From: Candidatus Delongbacteria bacterium
GTDB taxonomy: Bacteria > UBA4055
Direction: 5' to 3'
Assembly (NCBI GenBank): GCA_028702975.1
Contig: JAQVNT010000002.1
Location: 1-32,402 of the forward strand
Length of the DNA: 32,402 nucleotides
Each line of letters starts with the position of its first letter. The stretch's first letter is position 1. The position numbers and the translations under genes are program-made. This document shows, one piece after another, positions 8,718-15,163 of this stretch. The notes under the pieces were generated by a model. It worked only from the letters and a program-made list of their open reading frames with translations. It was not told where the DNA came from and did no database searches.

Positions 8718-9176
8718 ATGAAAAATGTTAAAACATATTTACCACTTGTAACATCAGTTTCTGAAGTTAAAAAAGAAAATGTTACAGAATCGATCACTTT
8801 TAAAAAAACGTTACAAATACTTTTAGTAGATGATGAAGAAATTGTATGTAATATTGGAAAAGAGATGCTTGAAATAAGCATTCATTCAGTGTCTGTTTGT
8901 AAAGATGGTATTGAGGCGATAGAAATATACAAAAAGAACTGGAAGGATATTCAACTTGTAATTCTCGATATGGTTATGCCTAAGTTGGCAGGAACGGAAA
9001 CATATTATGTCTTAAAAGATATAAATCCAAACGTTAAGGTTTTGCTTACATCCGGCTACAGCATTACCGGAGAGGCACAGAACTTACTTGATATTGGAGC
9101 ACAGGGATTCATCCAGAAACCGTTTATAATTGCAGAATTGGCGAAAAGTGTTGCTGAAATATTTCCTTATGAATAA
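8718..9176 (+). CDS. Stand-alone response-regulator receiver (CheY-like) protein
   Basis: The receiver residues are present: LLVDDEE acidic pocket, LVILDMVMP phospho-acceptor Asp, LTSGY and FIQKPF. There is no output domain. A 32-aa N-terminal linker-like extension precedes the domain. Confidence 0.75.
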   Translation: MKNVKTYLPLVTSVSEVKKENVTESITFKKTLQILLVDDEEIVCNIGKEMLEISIHSVSVCKDGIEAIEIYKKNWKDIQLVILDMVMPKLAGTETYYVLKDINPNVKVLLTSGYSITGEAQNLLDIGAQGFIQKPFIIAELAKSVAEIFPYE

Positions 9177-9218
9177 TTGTGTAAAACAAGCCAATAAAAA
9201 ATTAACGAGGAGAATGAA

Positions 9219-9380
9219 ATGATTAAACTATTGCCACAAAGTACAGGTTTTGTTTAAGGTTTCAAAATTACAAGTAAAGTATCCTCAGAGGAGGAAAAGG
9301 AGTGGTTCGCCAAAATAGAACAAAATATTGAGCCATGGTCAATAATGTACTGCTTTAGAATGTCTTTAGAATGTCTTTAG
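9219..9380 (+). pseudogene. Possible degraded fragment of a SpoIIAA-like/STAS (DUF3478-type) gene
   Basis: One frame reads MIKLLPQSTGFV*GFKITSKVSSEEEKEWFAKIEQNIEPWS..., with an in-frame TAA at 9255-9257 and an early end. The N-terminal pattern resembles that family from memory only. Confidence 0.25.
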
Positions 9381-9385
9381 AATGA
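9353..9385 (+). repeat. Three tandem 11-bp units CTTTAGAATGT (last unit ends in A)
   Basis: The units are 9353-9363, 9364-9374 and 9375-9385. Each contains TAGAAT. The array ends 35 nt before ATG 9421. It is a candidate regulator-binding array. Confidence 0.9.
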
Positions 9386-9420
9386 GTTAGTATAATTGAG
9401 CAAATTAATGGAGGTTAGCT

Positions 9421-10197
9421 ATGAAAAATATTCAAAACGGTTTACTCAGAGTTCCAGAAATAACTTTAATATTCTGGATAATTAAGGTGTTATCTACAAC
9501 AGTGGGTGAAACCGGAGCAGACTTTTTAGCAGAGGATCTGGGTTTAGGAATGCCTTTAGTAGCCGGAATAATGAGTTTCATAATGGCTGTTCTGCTGATA
9601 TTTCAATTTACGAAATTCAAGAAGTATATACCCTGGAATTATTGGTCGATAGTGATCTTAATGAGTATAATAGGTACTTTAATTACTGATATTCTTGTCG
9701 ATGATATAGGCATAAGTTTGCTTACTCTGAGTATTGTTTTTACAATATCAATGATCGCGGTATTTATCGTTTGGTTTAAAGAAGAAAAGACATTATCAAT
9801 TCATTCTATTAATACTGGTGTAAGAGAAATATATTATTGGATCATTATCTTAATGGCATTCGCACTGGGAACAGGTGTCGGTGATCTGATATCTGAATAT
9901 TTCGAGCTTGGTTATGGTATAGCTTTATTATTATTCGGTGGTGCGATCGCATTGATAGCTTTTAGTGTTTTTGTTTTAAAGTTGGACAGAACATTAGGTT
10001 TCTGGCTTGCATTTATTTTAACTAGACCGCTTGGAGCATCATTAGGAGATTTCTTTACTCAGCCGTTGGAAAATGGAGGTATAGACATAAATATCGGAAT
10101 CGTGAATGCTGTTTTTTTTACAGCAATAGTAAGCATGGTTATTTATTTAAGTGCTAAAGAGAAAATTAAGGAGAAAGAACATGGAACAAATTTTTGA
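9421..10197 (+). CDS. Polytopic membrane protein, COG4705-like
   Basis: A 258-aa hydrophobic ORF. GGAGG at 9410-9414 precedes the start. The N-terminal PEITLIFWIIKVLSTTVGETGADFL is echoed later by TRPLGASLGDFF, a pattern I associate with COG4705 membrane proteins. Confidence 0.55.
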   Translation: MKNIQNGLLRVPEITLIFWIIKVLSTTVGETGADFLAEDLGLGMPLVAGIMSFIMAVLLIFQFTKFKKYIPWNYWSIVILMSIIGTLITDILVDDIGISLLTLSIVFTISMIAVFIVWFKEEKTLSIHSINTGVREIYYWIIILMAFALGTGVGDLISEYFELGYGIALLLFGGAIALIAFSVFVLKLDRTLGFWLAFILTRPLGASLGDFFTQPLENGGIDINIGIVNAVFFTAIVSMVIYLSAKEKIKEKEHGTNF

Positions 10198-10981
10198 TCG
10201 AAATGGTGGAACTGTAGGATGGTTAACGGTATTCACGGTTCTTGTATGTTGCACTTTTTCAGCCTTTGGACAAGTACTCGAAACGGAATCCGCATACCTT
10301 CCGGATAAACATTCATTTGGTACAATGGCAAGTTTCGAGTATCAGTTTTCTGCTGATGGAAAGGGAATGGCAGTACCACTTGAATTGTCTTATAGTATTC
10401 TTGACAATTTGGAAATTCTTGTTCAACCAACAATCTTTGCTGCAGTCTTTCCATCGAACGGAGAGAGGGTGAATGGACTTGGAGACATCGAGGCCTCGCT
10501 GACCTGCAATTTCAATCATGAAAAAATTTATCTGCCAGCGTTCAGCTTTGCCGGAGAAGTGAAATTGCCGACTGCCCGAAACATATTGATCGGGACGGGA
10601 AAAACCGACTGGACACTTTACGGCATTGCTACGAAAAATTTTGGGCCCGTAGAAATTGACGGCAATGTCACATACACCTTTATGGGTAGTCCGGAAGGCG
10701 TTCATCTGGACAATACCGTTGGTGGCTCATTGGCGGCGGAATGGGAGGTTACTCCGGTACTCAGGCTACTCGGGGAGGCTTTTGCCAATAGTGCTGCGCT
10801 ACCAGAATCTGCTTCAACCGATGCAGAATCCAAGATTACACCGGAAGCTGGCTCGGCAGAGTTTTTCGGTACAGTTGGAGCTGCATACCAATTAAACTCG
10901 AAACTTGAAGTGTCCGTCGGAATTAACTATGGCAGCAGTAACTCAATATTGCTCATTGCAGGCGTTGCAATGGACTGGTAA
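10181..10981 (+). CDS. Outer-membrane beta-barrel protein (MetA-pathway-of-phenol-degradation-like transporter family, tentative)
   Basis: I prefer ATG 10181, which follows AAGGAG at 10168-10173; the track start at 10151 is a GTG. It has a signal-like segment (WLTVFTVLVCCTFSAFGQ), alternating beta-strand patterning, a GLGD motif and a C-terminal aromatic residue (...GVAMDW). It overlaps the upstream gene by 17 nt. Confidence 0.55.
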   Translation: MEQIFDRNGGTVGWLTVFTVLVCCTFSAFGQVLETESAYLPDKHSFGTMASFEYQFSADGKGMAVPLELSYSILDNLEILVQPTIFAAVFPSNGERVNGLGDIEASLTCNFNHEKIYLPAFSFAGEVKLPTARNILIGTGKTDWTLYGIATKNFGPVEIDGNVTYTFMGSPEGVHLDNTVGGSLAAEWEVTPVLRLLGEAFANSAALPESASTDAESKITPEAGSAEFFGTVGAAYQLNSKLEVSVGINYGSSNSILLIAGVAMDW

Positions 10982-11013
10982 TGAGTTTATGCTTGTTACT
11001 GGAATATAACCGA

Positions 11014-11054
11014 TTTTCTTTAGATTCTGTTTATACATTCTGATAACTTTTTAT
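11014..11054 (+). repeat. 41-bp exact repeat, copy 2 (promoter/operator-like block upstream of PAP2-RR-HK)
   Basis: Identical to 6037-6077. It contains TCTTTAGATTC and ends 13 nt before ATG 11068. Confidence 0.9.
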
Positions 11055-11067
11055 AGTGAGAGAAGAA

Positions 11068-11808
11068 ATGAGTATAAATCCATTAAATTTCATATATCCG
11101 ATTTTTGCAGTGACATTAATAATTATAATAAAGCGAGGCTATTATAATGGAATTTTGAAAAATATCATTTTTGATTTGCGATATAATTATAAATTAGTTA
11201 TTGTTTTATTTACAGTTCTTTTAGGAATAATTTTATTTATTGATGAACCGGTAGCCACATATTTAAGAAACCTTAAATTACACAAAATATTAATATTAGA
11301 AATAACTTCAAAATTAGGCAACACATTTGGGAACGGTAATTTTTTATACTCGTATTTCATAGTTGTAATTGTAATTGGTGTACTTTTAAAAAAAAACATC
11401 AAAATATTAATGATTGCTTTAGCTTCTTCGGCATTTGCAGGAATATTTGTTATGTTATTAAAATTTTTAATAACCAGAGAAAGACCGGCTGTTTCATTTG
11501 ACAGTTTACATTTTTTTGCGTATCAGGCAGCAATTAGTAAAAATGAATTATTGAAATTTAACTATACAAGCATGCCTTCAGGACACACAATAACAATTGT
11601 AGCTGCAGTAGTACCGCTGATATTGTTTTATAAAAATAAAATGGTAAGGGCACTTCTGGTTTTTCTGTCTTTTACAACAATGTTTAACAGAATATACAGC
11701 TCAGCTCACTGGATGAGCGATGTCTATACTTCAATTGCTATAGGCATTCTTGTAGGAATCAATATTTATTCGTTAAATATTGAGAAAGATAGGAAAAATT
11801 CGATATGA
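11068..11808 (+). CDS. PAP2-family (type 2 phosphatidic acid phosphatase superfamily) membrane phosphatase
   Basis: All three PAP2 motifs are present: KFLITRERP (KxxxxxxRP), PSGH, and NRIYSSAHWMSDV (SRxxxxxHxxxD-like). It has multiple TM segments. I prefer the ATG at 11068 over the GTG at 11056. Confidence 0.8.
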   Translation: MSINPLNFIYPIFAVTLIIIIKRGYYNGILKNIIFDLRYNYKLVIVLFTVLLGIILFIDEPVATYLRNLKLHKILILEITSKLGNTFGNGNFLYSYFIVVIVIGVLLKKNIKILMIALASSAFAGIFVMLLKFLITRERPAVSFDSLHFFAYQAAISKNELLKFNYTSMPSGHTITIVAAVVPLILFYKNKMVRALLVFLSFTTMFNRIYSSAHWMSDVYTSIAIGILVGINIYSLNIEKDRKNSI

Positions 11809-11854
11809 ATAGTTTTTCTTTTAAAAGGGGTAAATTTATGTTAAATTACTTGCT

Positions 11855-12532
11855 ATGAAAATTCTGATAATTGAAGATGAAATTGAGTTGTTGATCGCAG
11901 AAAGTAATTACCTTACTAAGGAAGGTTATGTCTGTGAAATGGCTGAAAATTTCCAAAAAGCGGGTGAAAAAATCTCAATCTATGAATATGATATAATTCT
12001 GCTGGATATTACTTTACCGGACGGGAACGGGCTTGAATTATTTAAAACCGTAAAAAAATACAATGTAAAAGCAGGCGTTATAATTATTTCGGCTAAGAAT
12101 TCACTGGATGATAAAATTATCGGGCTTGATCTCGGAGCCGACGACTATATGACAAAACCTTTTCAATTATCGGAATTGAATTCAAGGATCAAAGCTGTTT
12201 TAAGAAGAAGGCAATTTGACGGATCAAATATTATTACCTTTAATGAAATAAGTTTGAACACAGATAGTAAGGCTATAAACATAAACGGAAATGATATTTC
12301 ATTTACTAAAAAAGAATATGATCTGCTTCTTTATTTTATAGTCAATAAAAATCGTGTTCTTACAAAGGAAGCCATAGCAGAGCATTTATGGGAAGATAAT
12401 ATTGATCTGGCTGATAATTTCGATTTTATTTATACTCATCTCAACAACATCCGAAAAAAAATTAAATCGGCAGGCGGTAAAGACTATATTAAAACAATTT
12501 ATGGTATGGGCTATAAATTGGGGGAATTATGA
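11855..12532 (+). CDS. OmpR/PhoB-family response regulator (receiver + winged-helix)
   Basis: It has the receiver residues (IIEDE, ILLDITLPDG, ISAK, MTKPF) and a C-terminal winged-helix pattern (FTKKEYDLLLYFIVNKNRVLTKEAIAEHLW...IRKKI...IKTIYGMGYKL). An ATGA overlap joins it to the kinase gene. Confidence 0.9.
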   Translation: MKILIIEDEIELLIAESNYLTKEGYVCEMAENFQKAGEKISIYEYDIILLDITLPDGNGLELFKTVKKYNVKAGVIIISAKNSLDDKIIGLDLGADDYMTKPFQLSELNSRIKAVLRRRQFDGSNIITFNEISLNTDSKAININGNDISFTKKEYDLLLYFIVNKNRVLTKEAIAEHLWEDNIDLADNFDFIYTHLNNIRKKIKSAGGKDYIKTIYGMGYKLGEL

Positions 12533-13761
12533 AATTTTTATCGAAAATTAACAGGAATTATTTTTTTCTCCTTTTAATCATTATGATCATAGTTTCTGTA
12601 GCAGGATATTTTATTCTGCAATTTATCATTCTTGATGACGCCAGAGAAAATCTTACTCAAAATGAAGCCCTAATAATTAATCAGATCATTAAAACCGGTG
12701 AAATTCCGAATATTCATCCGATAGTTGAAATTACACGGATCAATAATAAAACAGTCAAAGAATCATCCTTCAAAGAGATCAATATGCCTTATGAAGGAGA
12801 AGAAGAGACTTTTTTAGAATATTCAAATCAGGTAAAGATAAAGGATTCTTTTTATCAGATTACTTTAAGAGAAACTACTTTTGAAAAGGACAATCTGGTT
12901 ATATTATTAGCTATGAGTTTCATAGTTTTATTGACAGCGTCATTCGGTATTTCGTTTTTTGTAAGTAAGAAAATGAATAAAACTATATGGGTTGATTTTG
13001 AAAGCAATTTAGAAGAAATCGAGAATTTTAGTTTAAGCGGAGAGAGTAGCCTGTCGTTTATACAAACTGATATCGAAGAATTCGACCGTTTAAACACAGT
13101 AATAAATAAGCTTACTAAAAAATTAAAAAGCGATTTTGTTTCTCTGAAAGAATTCACAGAAAGCGCTTCCCACGAAATCCAGACACCTCTTGCTGTAGTC
13201 CTTCTTAATCTTGAGGAAGTTTTACAGCAGGATTTAAATAAAGATACTTTTGAAAAGGTGATCGCATCTATAAATGCTATAAAAAGATTATCTAATCTGA
13301 ATAAAAGCCTAATTTTAATGACAAAAATTGAGAATAATCAATTCAAGGCTGACAATTTAGTTTCAATTAGCGATTTGTTCAAACACAAAATTGATGAATA
13401 TTCTACTCTTTTTGAATCAAAAAAACTTAATACCGAGATAAATATTGATCAAGATTTTGGACTGAGAATCAATGAGCAGATTGCAGATATTTTAATTAAC
13501 AATTTATTATCAAATGCGATTAAACATAATTTTGAAGGCGGTAAAATTCAGATATATATAAATAAAAACGAATTTAGGATCTGCAACACAGGAGAAGATC
13601 ATTTTCTTACAAATGATAACATTTTTAATCGTTTCGTAAAAGGAAACCCCGGATCTTATGGTTTAGGCTTGTCAATAGTCAAGAAAATTTGCGAGTCTCA
13701 AAACTTAAATATTCAATATGAAAAAAAAGAACTGCATTGCTTTATAATTAAATCAAATTAG
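12529..13761 (+). CDS. Sensor histidine kinase (two TM segments, HisKA + HATPase_c)
   Basis: It has an H-box (SASHEIQTPLAVV), an N-box (LLSNAIKHN) and a G-box (GLGLSIVKKI). TM segments lie near residues 10-32 and 120-145, flanking a roughly 90-aa extracytoplasmic loop. Confidence 0.85.
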   Translation: MKFLSKINRNYFFLLLIIMIIVSVAGYFILQFIILDDARENLTQNEALIINQIIKTGEIPNIHPIVEITRINNKTVKESSFKEINMPYEGEEETFLEYSNQVKIKDSFYQITLRETTFEKDNLVILLAMSFIVLLTASFGISFFVSKKMNKTIWVDFESNLEEIENFSLSGESSLSFIQTDIEEFDRLNTVINKLTKKLKSDFVSLKEFTESASHEIQTPLAVVLLNLEEVLQQDLNKDTFEKVIASINAIKRLSNLNKSLILMTKIENNQFKADNLVSISDLFKHKIDEYSTLFESKKLNTEINIDQDFGLRINEQIADILINNLLSNAIKHNFEGGKIQIYINKNEFRICNTGEDHFLTNDNIFNRFVKGNPGSYGLGLSIVKKICESQNLNIQYEKKELHCFIIKSN

Positions 13762-13770
13762 TTTTTTTTA

Positions 13771-13810
13771 CTTCAGAATATCTTTAGATTCAGTTGATAT
13801 ATTTGGATAG
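13771..13810 (+). promoter_or_regulatory. Conserved promoter/operator block upstream of PepSY-like gene 1
   Basis: The block reads CTTCAGAATATCTTTAGATTCAGTTGATATATTTGGATAG. CAGAAT (13774-79) and TAGATT (13785-90) are 11 bp apart. TATATTTG (13798-13805) matches the Bacteroidota-type -7 element TAnnTTTG. The block aligns with 14518-14557 and 6030-6069. Confidence 0.5.
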
Positions 13811-13832
13811 TAAAATTAAAAAAGGAGAAACA

Positions 13833-14333
13833 ATGAAACATCTATTAGTACTGACAACCGTTCTCGCACTGCTTTGTTTCAGTGCTTACGGAGAGACAAA
13901 GAAAGAAGTGCCTGCGGTTGTAAAGGAAGCTTTCGCGAAAAAATTCCCAACTGCAAAAGATGTAAAATGGGACAAAGAAAATGATAAGGAATGGGGAGTT
14001 GAATTTGAGCTTGCCGGAAAAGAATTATCAGCGAACTTTGACAATGCCGGACTGTGGACTGAAACAGGCTATGAATTAGAATCAAAAGAAGTTCCTGCAG
14101 TAGTGAACGCTGCAATTACAAAAGATTTCGCAGGTTACAAGATCGAGGATGTAGCTATGTCTGAATCTAAAGACAGTAAAGTTTACGAGTTTGTACTTGA
14201 AAAAGGCAAAGATAAGCTAGAAGTTGATGTTTCACCTGATGGTAGGATCCTGAAGAAAGGGAAAAAGACCGACGAAGACGGTGAAAACGATGATGGTGAA
14301 GACGGAGAGGATGGCGAAGAAAACGATGATTAA
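13833..14333 (+). CDS. Secreted PepSY-like (DUF2874-type) protein with strongly acidic C-terminal tail
   Basis: ATG 13833 follows AAGGAG. It has a signal peptide (MKHLLVLTTVLALLCFSAYG) and two repeats of the VP..V..A....F......W pattern typical of PepSY-like beta-lactamase-inhibitor-like domains. The tail is GKKTDEDGENDDGEDGEDGEENDD. Confidence 0.75.
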   Translation: MKHLLVLTTVLALLCFSAYGETKKEVPAVVKEAFAKKFPTAKDVKWDKENDKEWGVEFELAGKELSANFDNAGLWTETGYELESKEVPAVVNAAITKDFAGYKIEDVAMSESKDSKVYEFVLEKGKDKLEVDVSPDGRILKKGKKTDEDGENDDGEDGEDGEENDD

Positions 14334-14361
14334 ATAAAACAGCCTTGATATTATTAAAAAA

Positions 14362-14390
14362 AGTCCTGAAAATTTTCGGGACTTTTTTTT
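14362..14390 (+). terminator. Rho-independent terminator
   Basis: Stem AGTCCTG (14362-68) pairs with CGGGACT (14377-83), including one G-U pair. The loop is 8 nt and a T8 run follows. Confidence 0.65.
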
Positions 14391-14517
14391 ATATTATTAT
14401 ATATCACTAAATCTGCAATACCGGAGCAAATAACTCTCTTAAGTAAAGAAAATTTATGAGGTACAAAAATTAGATATCCATGTTTTATCATAAGATCTGA
14501 TTTGTAATTAATTTAAA

Positions 14518-14557
14518 CTTCAGAATTTCTTTAGATTTGCTGAATATATCTTATCAA
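14518..14557 (+). promoter_or_regulatory. Conserved promoter/operator block upstream of PepSY-like gene 2
   Basis: The block reads CTTCAGAATTTCTTTAGATTTGCTGAATATATCTTATCAA. CAGAAT (14521-26) and TAGATT (14532-37) are 11 bp apart. It is a paralog of 13771-13810. Confidence 0.5.
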
Positions 14558-14582
14558 ATTTATCTTAAAAAAGGAGAAAAAA

Positions 14583-15086
14583 ATGAAACACCTGTTAGTA
14601 ATGACGACCGTTTTAGCATTTCTTTGTTTTAGTGCGTACGGTCAAACAAGCAAAGAAGTGCCTCCGATTGTTAAGGCAGCTTTTGCAAAAAAATTTCCCG
14701 GTGCAACTGATGCAAAATGGAATAATGAAGACAATAAAGATTGGGGAGCAGAATTTAAGTTGAACGGGAAAGATCTGTCCGCAAATTTCGATAATAAGGG
14801 AATGTGGGCCAAAACAAAGTATCAAATAGATTCCAAAGAAATACCTGAGGCTGTGAACAATACCATTAAAAAGGATTTCTCAGGCTACAAAATTGAAAAA
14901 TCTGAGATGACGGAATCTAAAGACACAAAAGTTTATGATTTTGTTCTTGAAAAAGCTAAAGAAAAAATCGAAGTTGTTATTGCTCACGATGGTAAAGTTG
15001 TAAAAAAAGAAGCAAAATCAGAGTCAAAAGCTATAAAAGTCGAGCCAAAAGCTGTAAAAACAGAGCCAAAAGCAGGAGGGAAATAA
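14583..15086 (+). CDS. Secreted PepSY-like (DUF2874-type) protein with lysine-rich C-terminal tail
   Basis: A paralog of 13833..14333. By eye the core is about two-thirds identical and the signal peptide is nearly the same. The tail EAKSESKAIKVEPKAVKTEPKAGGK contains a K-A-[IV]-K-x-E-P-K-A repeat. Confidence 0.75.
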   Translation: MKHLLVMTTVLAFLCFSAYGQTSKEVPPIVKAAFAKKFPGATDAKWNNEDNKDWGAEFKLNGKDLSANFDNKGMWAKTKYQIDSKEIPEAVNNTIKKDFSGYKIEKSEMTESKDTKVYDFVLEKAKEKIEVVIAHDGKVVKKEAKSESKAIKVEPKAVKTEPKAGGK

Positions 15087-15116
15087 ATAAAACAAGTCTT
15101 GATTAGATTTTTATAA

Positions 15117-15146
15117 AGTCTCGGAATCTTCCGGGACTTTATTTTA
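15117..15146. terminator. Rho-independent terminator, possibly bidirectional between convergent genes
   Basis: Stem AGTCTCGG (15117-24) pairs with CCGGGACT (15131-38), including one G-U pair, followed by TTTATTTT. It sits between the stop at 15086 (+) and the stop at 15164 (-). Confidence 0.6.
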
Positions 15147-15163
15147 CATATCATTGTCTAATA

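Noticed and set aside
8718-9176. Receiver gene as a non-functional 3-prime fragment of a hybrid kinase
   Set aside because: It has its own GAGG-ATG start and all receiver catalytic residues are intact. Only 57 nt separate it from the upstream gene, so no kinase remnant lies in situ. It is kept as a CDS.
9353-9385. Tandem repeats as a possible CRISPR array
   Set aside because: The units are only 11 bp and directly abut each other with no spacers. There are only three copies, and no cas genes are present. A regulatory direct-repeat array is a better interpretation.
10233-10895. ORFs 10233..10454(-), 10242..10472(+), 10313..10705(-) and 10656..10895(+)
   Set aside because: All overlap the OM barrel gene in other frames. 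They arise from the local rise in GC. None has an RBS or a family resemblance.
14272-14333. Acidic-tail coding region as a DNA microsatellite
   Set aside because: The GAx/GGx codons are imperfectly repeated with no exact unit. It is low-complexity coding sequence rather than a slippage-prone repeat.
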